From the sequence record NC_041994.1: DNA of 64,000 nucleotides; one strand, written 5' to 3'. A model generated the notes under the pieces. That model was not told the DNA's origin and ran no database searches. It saw only the letters and a list, made by a program, of their open reading frames with translations. How positions within the stretch are numbered: position 1 is the stretch's first letter; each line of letters opens with the position of its first letter. The position numbers and the translations under genes were made by a program. Below, piece after piece: positions 1-9,146 of this stretch.

Positions 1-1
1 G

Positions 2-328
2 AAGCTCGCTCGCGCTAAAGAAGTCTTCAAGCGTGAAGAGCAGCCGGATGGTTCGGTGGCGATGATCTGGGGCGACGGTATCGAGCGTCACACTGCGCAC
101 ATCGGTCTGGACAGCTTCACCATCGTGACCAGCAATCTGGAAACCGGTGCAGAGACCCAGGTCACCGAGCACATGTACACCCACGAAGACCTGCGTATCG
201 GCAAGAAGTTCGGCGACTACGTCATCGACGAATACACCGGCCAGATCGTACACCGCAAGAACCGTACCCGTGATCCGATCAAGCCGTTTGCTCTGAGCGA
301 CTTGTCCTGGGCACCTAAAAGCGTTTAA
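2..328 (+). CDS. 5'-truncated hypothetical protein (C-terminal part only)
   Basis: Frame is open from position 2 (KLARAKEVFKREEQPDGSVAMIW...) to TAA at 326-328, so the tracked GTG at 56 is probably internal. Confidence 0.7.
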   Translation, partial: KLARAKEVFKREEQPDGSVAMIWGDGIERHTAHIGLDSFTIVTSNLETGAETQVTEHMYTHEDLRIGKKFGDYVIDEYTGQIVHRKNRTRDPIKPFALSDLSWAPKSV

Positions 329-337
329 GGAGCTGCC

Positions 338-463
338 ATGAACTACCCATTCAAGCTTACCGATCAACATGGTGGCTGCGGTGTTGTCTGCAAGGTAACG
401 CCACCGCGTACCATCAAGCCGTTCAAGCTGTCCGATATCCCGGGTGCACCTAAACGCACCTAA
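338..463 (+). CDS. 41-aa micro-protein MNYPFKLTDQHGGCGVVCKVTPPRTIKPFKLSDIPGAPKRT (not in ORF track)
   Basis: AAGGAG Shine-Dalgarno just upstream of ATG 338; followed by a terminator; C-terminus repeats the upstream gene's IKPFxLSDxxxAPK motif. Confidence 0.7.
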   Translation: MNYPFKLTDQHGGCGVVCKVTPPRTIKPFKLSDIPGAPKRT

Positions 464-472
464 GCCGTAAGG

Positions 473-513
473 CGACATAAAACCCCTCCCTTAACGGGGA
501 GGGGCTTATGCCG
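473..513. terminator. Hairpin-family member between convergent genes
   Basis: ACATAAAACCCCTCCC-ttaac-GGGGAGGGGCTTATGCCG followed by a T-tract. Confidence 0.8.
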
Positions 514-529
514 TTTTTCTTTTGTTCGT

Positions 530-985
530 CTAGTGCTTATCGCCTTGCATTTGTTTGTCGAGTTCACGCTGTGCTTTATCAGCGGCGGTGTCTCTTTGTC
601 GGATGGCGTCTTCTGCCATCTCGATAACAAACATTGCATGAGGATAAGGGAGTTCGCAGAACACGTCCCAAGAGTAACCTTGTTCGTAGATGCGGTAAGT
701 ATGATAGCGACGGATCAAACTGAACATCGGCCCACCTTCCCAACTGTTCTCCTTTGGATGGAGTGCCATGATGGCCAACGGTCGGTTAGGGTCTGGGTTA
801 TGGATGTGGTCGTAGATACCGTAATCGGTTTGATAGGCCATGAGGCTGAGCTGTGCCGCAGCCGTTGGTCTTACGGCCGGGGAGTCTCGCAGCATCTGGT
901 CAATGATCCCATGACGCTGCGCTTGCTGTAGTCCGAACGTCTTAAACAGAACGTGCCCGTTAGGATCGTCGTCGTCAATAGACAA
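530..985 (-). CDS. Conserved small protein, T4 gp51-like / tail-assembly-chaperone 'T'-type; start uncertain (TTG 985, ATG 895, or -1 frameshift from upstream gene)
   Basis: C-terminal GYSWDVFCELPYPHAMFVIE plus a charged helix resembles gp51/GT-type tails; lies directly behind a gp26-like gene. Confidence 0.5.
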   Translation of the reverse strand: MSIDDDDPNGHVLFKTFGLQQAQRHGIIDQMLRDSPAVRPTAAAQLSLMAYQTDYGIYDHIHNPDPNRPLAIMALHPKENSWEGGPMFSLIRRYHTYRIYEQGYSWDVFCELPYPHAMFVIEMAEDAIRQRDTAADKAQRELDKQMQGDKH

Positions 986-1008
986 GCGACTGTAACGGGA
1001 GTCGTCGT

Positions 1009-2691
1009 TTACGACAGGATACGGTTGAGCTTCCGGCTTGCCAACATGAAAAACTCTGCCAATGGATCGACCGGTACGATGTTCTCGAATCGCTTCTTGA
1101 ACTCGGTCGCCGCTGGGCTGTTGCACACTGGGCAGTTGTAGGAAGTGATGCCGGTCATCGCAACGAGGTTCTCGTCGATGTAGGCTTCAACCTTCTCGTT
1201 GAATTCAGTGATCAGCTCGTCCGAGGAATACACATCGGAAAGCATGTCGGCGATGAACTCCTTCTCTTTCGAGAGGATCACATAGCCTTCTGGTGTTGAC
1301 TCGTCGATATCGACGATGGCAGTAACCCAGTGAGCGTATTCACGCGCCGCGGTGGATTCGGCCAGCTGTTCGATAAAGGCTGCGCGGTTGCGGCCTTCTG
1401 GTGGTTCGTTGAATGCACCCTGCGACATCTCGATGATGCCGTTGAGCCAGGTGCGACCCAGGTCTTCGTGCTCGTAGACATCCGGGCAACCCAACAGGAA
1501 GCCCATCTGACCTACTTGGATCAGCTTCTCACGACCCAGGACGTGATGACCTTTGTAGGTATCGATGTCGTCTTTGGTGCGTGGTGCACGGGAGTCGATA
1601 CGATGCGACATATGGCGTTTCTGCCATGGCGTCAGCGCGTTGGTGTCAACCCACCAGAAGTTCACCACCTGGAACAGCTCTTTGGTGATGTGGTCGCATT
1701 TGCCGAGATCGGCAACGCACGGGTTGGCGTAGACGTAACCGGCTGGATACAGCGTAGCAGCCAGACCGATAATGATGCCCGGGATGTCACGGGTGTCGAT
1801 CATCGGCTTGAGGTCAGTCGGGGTAGTAAAGGCCACGTTGGCATTGGTGACGTGCTGGAGGGCAAAGTCAACCACGATGGTCTTGATGAAGTGCGAGACG
1901 TTGGAGAACGCCAGACCACGGGTTTCAGAACCCACGTTAACCTTGACGTTAGCCACGTCTTGGTTCATGGACGTCAGTGCGATCAGCGATGGTGCCTTGA
2001 AGCGCAACCAGATGCCCGAGTGCCACAGTGGAATATCAACAGTACCACCGACACCTGCTTTACGGGTGACGTAGGACTTGAGCTCTTCCATGGTGTACTT
2101 GCCGGACGGGTCCAGACGCTGTACAGGAATACCACCGCCGACTTGCTTACCGTCAACGTCAACGGTCTGAGACCAGAAGGCGCCTTCACGGTGCAACGAA
2201 GCCAAGTGCAGGTCAGCAGGATCAAGCATACGCGACAGCGCACCCAGGATCAGACGCAGGTGTGGGTTACCCTGGTCATCTGGGATAGTGTCGTGCGTAC
2301 GGGACAGGGTGTTGGCCAGTTGCTTCTCGGACAGGATCATGCGATCCATGACCTGACTGTTCTGTTCCAACACCTGCTTGATCACGCCGGTGGTTTCCCG
2401 GATGATCGCCAGACACTCGCTCAGCGAAGGCTCTTCACCTTCGATGGGTTTGGTCTGTGGACGACGGTTCGGGTTGATCTGTTGCTCTGGGGTAGTCGGT
2501 GTGAACGGTGCTACCTCAGGCAAAGGTTCAGCGTAGAAGTCTTCAGCCGGTGCAGCAGGATCAGCGGGTGCCACAGGCGGCGCAACATCACCTACGACGT
2601 TGGTATCACCCAACGCCGCTTCAGTTGGCTGTTCGGCAGGAGCCGCTGGGGCTACGCCTTCTTCCTTACCCTGATCTTCAGGCAGTTGCAT
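1009..2691 (-). CDS. Baseplate-hub/tail assembly protein, T4 gp26-like
   Basis: 560-aa ORF with acidic Pro/Ala N-terminus and C-terminal CPVC...EFF motif like T4 gp26 ends; coding-like codon usage. Confidence 0.55.
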   Translation of the reverse strand: MQLPEDQGKEEGVAPAAPAEQPTEAALGDTNVVGDVAPPVAPADPAAPAEDFYAEPLPEVAPFTPTTPEQQINPNRRPQTKPIEGEEPSLSECLAIIRETTGVIKQVLEQNSQVMDRMILSEKQLANTLSRTHDTIPDDQGNPHLRLILGALSRMLDPADLHLASLHREGAFWSQTVDVDGKQVGGGIPVQRLDPSGKYTMEELKSYVTRKAGVGGTVDIPLWHSGIWLRFKAPSLIALTSMNQDVANVKVNVGSETRGLAFSNVSHFIKTIVVDFALQHVTNANVAFTTPTDLKPMIDTRDIPGIIIGLAATLYPAGYVYANPCVADLGKCDHITKELFQVVNFWWVDTNALTPWQKRHMSHRIDSRAPRTKDDIDTYKGHHVLGREKLIQVGQMGFLLGCPDVYEHEDLGRTWLNGIIEMSQGAFNEPPEGRNRAAFIEQLAESTAAREYAHWVTAIVDIDESTPEGYVILSKEKEFIADMLSDVYSSDELITEFNEKVEAYIDENLVAMTGITSYNCPVCNSPAATEFKKRFENIVPVDPLAEFFMLASRKLNRILS

Positions 2692-3220
2692 TGGCCTTCT
2701 CCTCCAGAACCGGCAGGTATTCCTTTTCCAGGGTCGCTGCCAGCGACTGCATCAACGGCTGGATGCCGTCTTCATAGTGGGACGACAGTTTGCTGTAGCC
2801 GTCAGCCAACAGCAGCACGTCGCTGTGGTCTTCAGGTGCCGGAGCGCCGGTCTTGTCTTTGTGCGCAGCGTACAGCGAACCCAGGTTGCTGTTGTAGTTG
2901 CTGATGTCTACGCAAAGGGTGTTGAAGCCCTTGTTGAAACCTTCCGGGTCGGTCAGGTGTTGTTTGATGTCGGTCATATCGCGCTTAACAGGGATAACCC
3001 ACTGCGCGGTATTCAGGATCAGGCCACCGCAGTTACGGTAGAGCTCCTTGAGGATGTCGTAGCCCATATCGGACTTCAGTGCTTCGTCGGCAGCAACGGC
3101 GCCCATGTCGGCGACTTGAGCTGCGACTTCTTGTTGTTCGGCTGGAGCCAGTGTTGCAAATTGTTCCAGTTTCTGTTGGTCCGGTACGACGATAGCGTTA
3201 CCGGCGATCAGCTCGCTCAT
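2678..3220 (-). CDS. Hypothetical protein (180 aa)
   Basis: GGAG/AAGG SD before ATG 3220; overlaps the next gene's start. Confidence 0.7.
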   Translation of the reverse strand: MSELIAGNAIVVPDQQKLEQFATLAPAEQQEVAAQVADMGAVAADEALKSDMGYDILKELYRNCGGLILNTAQWVIPVKRDMTDIKQHLTDPEGFNKGFNTLCVDISNYNSNLGSLYAAHKDKTGAPAPEDHSDVLLLADGYSKLSSHYEDGIQPLMQSLAATLEKEYLPVLEEKANATA

Positions 3221-3330
3221 CCTTATCTCCCAAGGCGTAAATGCACGATGACATATATATTGCTTAACTAGGTAAAAACCCACGGAGGTGTAAAACTTTA
3301 TGAGTATCTCTATTTTGCGGAAGGTGTAGC

Positions 3331-4182
3331 ATGCAAGACATGTTCAAAGAACGTCTCGGTAACCGGATGCCAATGGAGCAACTGGAACAAGGCCTGAGTA
3401 TCATCGCATTGTTCGAGGACGTAGGCTTTACCGCGCCATTCGAACCACTTCAAGAGATTATGGAAGTCGGTACTTCTGTGATCGATAACGAGCAGTACGT
3501 TTCGCGGGTACTGACGTGCCTGTCTGACAGCTGTGACGATCTGCTCAAAGCCTTTGGTGTGGAAGTCACTGAGTCCACCCCACTTCAGTTCAAACTGGAC
3601 TGCGGCTTGACCCTGATCAAACTGCCTAACTACTACCTCCCGGTGGAAGTACTGGCTATCATCGAATCGTCTAACGACAAAGAAGCCACACTGGCTGAGT
3701 TGATTGAACTCACCCAAGGCGTGATCGTTGAAGAGTCGTTGGAATACATCTACGACGTCAATGACGCACTCATTCCAAAGCTGGCCGCTGAGATGCGTAA
3801 GAAGTACGAACTCGAAGAGGCGTTGAACCTCAGCAACGAAGAGATCGTGATTGACCGCAATCGCATCACCAACATCAACCGTCTGTTGCAGGACTTCCGG
3901 GCCAAGGATCACCTGACCTGTTTGACCGAACTGTTGGATGCTGGTGCCAAGATTGGCGCCGACTACATGTCGCTGGTGAACCAGTACGTCACACCACTAA
4001 CGTTCATGCCAGCGGATCATATGACCATTGAACTGCTGGGCTTGGCCCTCTTCAGCAATCTGCCTGCTGAGGAATGGGCACCTGCTGCCCAGAAAGCCGC
4101 CGGCGAGTTCACGGATCTATTGTCCGACCATCGCAAGATCGAAATGGCTCTCAACGAGTACAAGGTCTTCTTCGAGATGTGA
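3331..4182 (+). CDS. Conserved hypothetical jumbo-phage protein
   Basis: 283-aa ORF with GAAGG SD; abuts the vRNAP gene. Confidence 0.75.
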   Translation: MQDMFKERLGNRMPMEQLEQGLSIIALFEDVGFTAPFEPLQEIMEVGTSVIDNEQYVSRVLTCLSDSCDDLLKAFGVEVTESTPLQFKLDCGLTLIKLPNYYLPVEVLAIIESSNDKEATLAELIELTQGVIVEESLEYIYDVNDALIPKLAAEMRKKYELEEALNLSNEEIVIDRNRITNINRLLQDFRAKDHLTCLTELLDAGAKIGADYMSLVNQYVTPLTFMPADHMTIELLGLALFSNLPAEEWAPAAQKAAGEFTDLLSDHRKIEMALNEYKVFFEM

Positions 4183-4184
4183 AC

Positions 4185-5570
4185 ATGAACAAGCGTGAGT
4201 TCTTTCTCAAGGGGTTACTGTCCGGGGCGTGCAAAAAGCGCGCCTGGGTCATGGGGTGCTTCAGCTACATCGTCAAAGACGGTCCGCGGCATCTGTTCCC
4301 CGATTACCCTTACCGGCTGTTTAAGGTCGGTGAGGAGCTCCACTTCCTCAACCCCGACGCCGTCGATACGGTACCCGCGACTGAGTCTTACCCAGCGGGC
4401 TTGACCAAGATCGAGGACTACGTTCCCGGCGAGCCATTGTTCGAGTGGCTTGAAGAGTTCACACTCAATCCTCGGGACATCGCCAACGCGGACTTCAGTG
4501 CGCCAGTAGTGACCACACCCGGTAACATACTGGTGAATCACCTGTGCTTCTGTTTGCCCTTTGGCGACATCATTCCTTATCAGCTTGGCAACATCAATGC
4601 GGGTAAGATCAACGACCAGATTCTCAACCTGCTGGTGGATGACCCAGATCCGGATGACGGTGAGTCGTTTCACCCTGAAGGCAAGATCTACGTTCGGCAG
4701 ATGTTGATGTACAACGAGTATGCCCTAAGCTTGACGGCATGGTCCGAAGACAACGTCACCTCGATTACACCGAAGTCGATCACTGGCCACCCTGACCGTC
4801 ACAAAGTCAAGGCTGAGTTGATGGAGCAATACAAGGATCAACTCGACGATCCTTCAATCATTGCCCGTATCGGTAATATCCTGGAAGAGCTGGACATGGA
4901 GTACCTGAAGGACGACCCTTCATTTAACTTCTATATGTCTAAGCGCGCCAAGATGTTCTCCGGTTCGCGTAAGAAACAATTCTACATGTTCGGTGGTGAA
5001 GACCCCTTCGGCGACGGTACGTCTGTGACGTTCATCAGTCGTTCGCTGGAAGAAGGGATCGACATCAACAACCTACCGACGATGATCAACGCACAACGTG
5101 CGGGTTCCTTTAACCGTGGTTTCCAGACTCGTCTGGGCGGTGAGGTAACCAAGACCATCTACCGGATGCTGGGTACGACCAAGATTGAAGTGGGCGACTG
5201 TGGCGCCAAGATCGGTATCCCTGTGTTCATCAATCCACTTTATACCAAACGCTTTGTGGGTCACTACTACGTGGAAGCCGGTGTTACACATCGGATCGAC
5301 GAGCAGAAGTCTCAAGCGTTAGCAGGCAAATGGGTAGACATGCGTGAACCCATGGCCTGTAAACAAGACTCCAACCGTGTCGGTGATGAACCGGGTAAAG
5401 GGAAGAACATCTGCTCAATCTGTGCAGGTGACGCCCTCTCGGAAATGCCCGACGGTATTCCTGCTGCTTCGGCAGCGGTCGGTGGTCGCTTCTTGACATT
5501 GTTCTTGAAGAAGATGCATGCCAGTGCGTTGAAGACCACCAAGTGGAACTTCATGCAACACATTCACTAA
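4185..5570 (+). CDS. Virion RNA polymerase beta' subunit, C-terminal part (phiKZ gp80-like)
   Basis: Bridge-helix-like SLEEG...QRAGSFNRGFQTRLGGEVTK, DCG motif, Zn site REPMAC...ICSICAG, trigger-loop-like FLTLFLKKMH; ATG at 4185. Confidence 0.9.
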   Translation: MNKREFFLKGLLSGACKKRAWVMGCFSYIVKDGPRHLFPDYPYRLFKVGEELHFLNPDAVDTVPATESYPAGLTKIEDYVPGEPLFEWLEEFTLNPRDIANADFSAPVVTTPGNILVNHLCFCLPFGDIIPYQLGNINAGKINDQILNLLVDDPDPDDGESFHPEGKIYVRQMLMYNEYALSLTAWSEDNVTSITPKSITGHPDRHKVKAELMEQYKDQLDDPSIIARIGNILEELDMEYLKDDPSFNFYMSKRAKMFSGSRKKQFYMFGGEDPFGDGTSVTFISRSLEEGIDINNLPTMINAQRAGSFNRGFQTRLGGEVTKTIYRMLGTTKIEVGDCGAKIGIPVFINPLYTKRFVGHYYVEAGVTHRIDEQKSQALAGKWVDMREPMACKQDSNRVGDEPGKGKNICSICAGDALSEMPDGIPAASAAVGGRFLTLFLKKMHASALKTTKWNFMQHIH

Positions 5571-5613
5571 TTTGGCCATGCTATGTGGTCTTTGTTAATA
5601 CCGAGGATATGAC

Positions 5614-6927
5614 ATGAGTGATCCAACCCAACCGAATCAGGAGCAACAAGATGCCCCTGCACCAGAAAGCTTCGGCTCTACCACTACCCCAGCTGACATC
5701 TCGACTGAAGTCAAAGGCGCTGAAACTCCAGCCGGTGATCAACCTGACGCTGGACCTGCTGCCGCTGATAGCGCCGCAGACCAGACTGGTGCGACTCCTG
5801 CCGAAGGTGCTGCTGGCGGTGAAGATGGCCCAAATCCTGACGCCAATGTTCCGCCGGAAACTCCAGAAGAAGTCGACGTCGTAGGTCTGGCTCGTACTTC
5901 CTACGAAATCCCGGCTGACGTCACTGACGGTCTGGTTGTTGAATTCCTGCAAGCCTACGGCGGTGGTGCCAACGAGCTGCGTCTGGGTGAGTGGTCCACT
6001 GAGCTGTTGCTCGCTGTACTGCAAGGCAAGTTCCGCTTCCCAGAAGCCGAGCTCAAGAACCTGATCGTGGTCTATCGTCAACGCGTAGAACTCCCAGCCG
6101 CGTGGAACGATCAAAGCGTGATCAACTTCCTGCGCACTGGCCAAGAGCCGAAGCTGACCTCCACCAACGTGTGGCTGGTTGACGTGACCCGTAGCGGCCG
6201 TACTCCGGCCGAGTGGTCGACTGCTGAACTCGAAGCCTGGGCCAAGGGCGAAATCCAAGCCGGTGGCAAGTCCCACGACAACGGCATCGCGCTGGAACTG
6301 AAAGCCCGTCTGGGCCTCAAGTCCGAAGACTCGCCGAAGTCGGTACGCAAGGCCTATCGCGCCCTGTCGCCAGAAGACCTCATCAAGATCGCAGGCGCTG
6401 AAGCTTCTACCCCTGTGGTGGTTGATGCGGCCAGCGACGAAACCGAACAGCTGCAACAAGCGAAAGCTGTTGTGGCGAAACTCGAAACCGTAGAAGGACT
6501 GAGCTCCGTGGACGTAGCAATGATCGACGACGGCCTGAAGCGCTTCATCGAAGCCACACCGCCGAACCGTAACATCCTGGAAGACCGTGCCCTCAAAGCA
6601 CAGAACGATCTGGACACCCTGTTCCAGTACATCATCAGCCGTGAGCCTCAGGGCATGGTGGCTGGCCTGGAGCGTTTGAAGGTGACCTTCAAGCAGCAAA
6701 TGGTCAAAGGCGGTGTGTTCGACTTCAACAACGTCTTCCGCTTCACGCACCTGATGCGCAGCGATAACAAGCGTCAGCAGCGCCACGTCGGCCTGCTGGA
6801 ACTGATGCGTGTGTACTTCGCTGATGCGAAAGAAGCCCGCAAACAGTGTGAACCGCGTCAACTCCTGCAATACCAGGACGCCGACAAAGTACCGCTGTTG
6901 ATCGAGTACTTTACTCAGGTCGCCTAA
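5614..6927 (+). CDS. Probable virion structural protein with acidic low-complexity N-terminus
   Basis: 437 aa, GAGG SD, highly expressed-type codon bias, TATG just upstream; function by synteny only. Confidence 0.65.
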   Translation: MSDPTQPNQEQQDAPAPESFGSTTTPADISTEVKGAETPAGDQPDAGPAAADSAADQTGATPAEGAAGGEDGPNPDANVPPETPEEVDVVGLARTSYEIPADVTDGLVVEFLQAYGGGANELRLGEWSTELLLAVLQGKFRFPEAELKNLIVVYRQRVELPAAWNDQSVINFLRTGQEPKLTSTNVWLVDVTRSGRTPAEWSTAELEAWAKGEIQAGGKSHDNGIALELKARLGLKSEDSPKSVRKAYRALSPEDLIKIAGAEASTPVVVDAASDETEQLQQAKAVVAKLETVEGLSSVDVAMIDDGLKRFIEATPPNRNILEDRALKAQNDLDTLFQYIISREPQGMVAGLERLKVTFKQQMVKGGVFDFNNVFRFTHLMRSDNKRQQRHVGLLELMRVYFADAKEARKQCEPRQLLQYQDADKVPLLIEYFTQVA

Positions 6928-6965
6928 CGGTCGAGCCCCTTCCTTCGGGAGGGGGCTTTATGCCG
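6928..6965. terminator. Hairpin-family member
   Basis: GAGCCCCTTCC-ttcg-GGAGGGGGCTTTATGCCG. Confidence 0.7.
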
Positions 6966-7040
6966 CATCAACTGTATGTATCGTGTCCGCCCATAACTAG
7001 GGTGCTTCCACAACTATCTAGAAGGTATTACGGAGCAACC

Positions 7041-9146
7041 ATGCTCGAACTGTTAATTGGCCTAGGCCGTAAGCAAGGAGCTGCCGACGACTCGGATGTA
7101 CCCTTTCCTGCCGGCACACCGTTCAAAGGTGTGGTGCCTTCCTCTTCCTTTATTTCAGGCCCGTCCTTAGCTTCGGCTATTGGGCTGTCTGCCGGTGGGG
7201 CTTTGAACAACACCCCGGGTTGGCTGCATTTCATAGAAGCCAACGGGTTGGAGCTGTACATCGCCAAGAAGCCTTTGCGTTATGCGGCAACGGCTGAGCA
7301 GATCAATCAGGCATTGGGTAATGGCAGTAAAGAAGTCACTATCAATGGCGACGTCTATATCTGCCGTAACATGACGGGTGCTATCTCAAGTGGTGCTGCC
7401 GCTGTACCATCGAACGCCGGTGGTGAGTGGAACCGCTACATGTACAACGTGTACGATCAAACAGATCGTGCCGGGATTCCTGATGCTCTGCTCTGGGGTA
7501 ATTACACCAAAGCGATGCTCGGTATTGCACAAGCTCCAGCGGGTACGAATGACCTAGGTGATGGCGTGTTCACCATCTGTGCTGAAAGCGTGACCAATGG
7601 TTTCTTGCTGCGTGGTAACGACTGGCAATCGGCCAGTGGCGGTGGTCAACACATCAAGGGCATCTGGAACATGCCTGCGAACAACCCTCAGACCTACTAC
7701 GGTTGGCGACCTATCCTCATCAAGAAGTCTACGTTACCACCTTCTGTGTTTCGTGGCGAGGTTGCACCTGCTGACCTGATCACAGGCCCAGCACTGGTGG
7801 CGGCCGTCGGCGTGACTACAGGGGCGGCATTCGAAGACGGTAACCCAACATGGTTGAAGTTCGATGAAAACGGCAAGGTTTTCTATATCGCTAAGAAACC
7901 ACTGCGCACCGGTGTGACGTGGGAAATCCTTAACGGGTTTGGTGCGGTGTATGGTTCGAAGATCATCACGATTGGAAACAAGCGTTATCGCGTTCGCTTG
8001 ATGACGGGCGGTACTTCTGATCCGATGACCACGGGCGGTGGCGAGTACGATGCGTACTTCTCACGCTGTACGCAGTTCTACAGCGGTGTTGCCTCAGACC
8101 GCTTCGCTAGCTACACGGGCCCTGATGTCGGTTGGGTTTCGGGTACAGGCAATGGCCAGTTGTGCTTGGTGCAGGAATACTACAGCACCAGTGGTCCCGG
8201 CACACGTGGTTACCCAGGCTTCTTGGGCGTGTGGTATCAGATCGCTAACACCACTCACGCAGGTTATGCTTGGCGTCCTGTGTTGGAAGAGTTGCCACCT
8301 GCCCCAACACTGAGTGACACATGGGCACAGATTGCCACATTGCCAGCCGGCGTCAACGGTGCATCGGCTTGTGTGATCGGCGACAAGATGTACGTGTTCG
8401 GTGGCCAAGATGCCGCCTTTGTGGTGAAGGGAACTCTTTATGAGGTCAACCTCACCACGGGCGAAGTCCTGACCAAGGCAAGTGACCTGCCGCGACGCTA
8501 TCATCAAGCCGTTAACATCGGCGGTAAGATGTACGTCTACGGTGGCTACACTTCGGCCTACACGGGCGACGTGCGTATCTATGATCCAGCAACTAACCTA
8601 TGGACAGGTGGGTTGAGTGGTGTGAACAGTGACCGACATGCCTCTTTCGCTTACAACAACAAGATGTATATCTTGGGTGGTAACGGCGGATCGCAGCTCA
8701 CCCAAGCACGGACCTATACACCGGCTGGTAACACCTGGACTAACTACACCGCAACTGGTGTAGCGGCAGCACCTTGTTACTTGGGTTCGGCCGACGTCTC
8801 TGACAACACGGCCTACACACTGACGGGTTACAACACCCAGAAGGAGTTCCGCTCCATCAACCTGCTCACTAACGTGGGTAAGACAATGCCAGCCCCACCA
8901 CACGGTGTGTACGGTCATGCACATGGTTCGATGAAAGGCGGTATCTACGTCTTCGGTGGTACAGTCGACACGGCGAACAAAGACAAAGTCACTCTGCGTT
9001 ATGACATTGTCACCGGTGTGTGGTCTTACCTCGGTGCGATTCCGTACACGATCGGCGAGCGAGCAGCGTCTGCGCAGGACGGCACTAACATCTACCTGGC
9101 AGGTGGTGTAGGTTCACCTACCGCGGTCTGGAGGTATACGCCATGA
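7041..9146 (+). CDS. Tail-fibre/receptor-binding-like protein: two C-type-lectin-like repeat domains plus a C-terminal Kelch beta-propeller
   Basis: Two copies of ITGxxLxxAxG...WLxF..NG..xYIAKKPLR...WRPxL; about six Kelch repeats (KMYVFGG, KMYVYGG, KMYILGG, IYVFGG, IYLAGG); GGAG SD at ATG 7041. Confidence 0.7.
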   Translation: MLELLIGLGRKQGAADDSDVPFPAGTPFKGVVPSSSFISGPSLASAIGLSAGGALNNTPGWLHFIEANGLELYIAKKPLRYAATAEQINQALGNGSKEVTINGDVYICRNMTGAISSGAAAVPSNAGGEWNRYMYNVYDQTDRAGIPDALLWGNYTKAMLGIAQAPAGTNDLGDGVFTICAESVTNGFLLRGNDWQSASGGGQHIKGIWNMPANNPQTYYGWRPILIKKSTLPPSVFRGEVAPADLITGPALVAAVGVTTGAAFEDGNPTWLKFDENGKVFYIAKKPLRTGVTWEILNGFGAVYGSKIITIGNKRYRVRLMTGGTSDPMTTGGGEYDAYFSRCTQFYSGVASDRFASYTGPDVGWVSGTGNGQLCLVQEYYSTSGPGTRGYPGFLGVWYQIANTTHAGYAWRPVLEELPPAPTLSDTWAQIATLPAGVNGASACVIGDKMYVFGGQDAAFVVKGTLYEVNLTTGEVLTKASDLPRRYHQAVNIGGKMYVYGGYTSAYTGDVRIYDPATNLWTGGLSGVNSDRHASFAYNNKMYILGGNGGSQLTQARTYTPAGNTWTNYTATGVAAAPCYLGSADVSDNTAYTLTGYNTQKEFRSINLLTNVGKTMPAPPHGVYGHAHGSMKGGIYVFGGTVDTANKDKVTLRYDIVTGVWSYLGAIPYTIGERAASAQDGTNIYLAGGVGSPTAVWRYTP

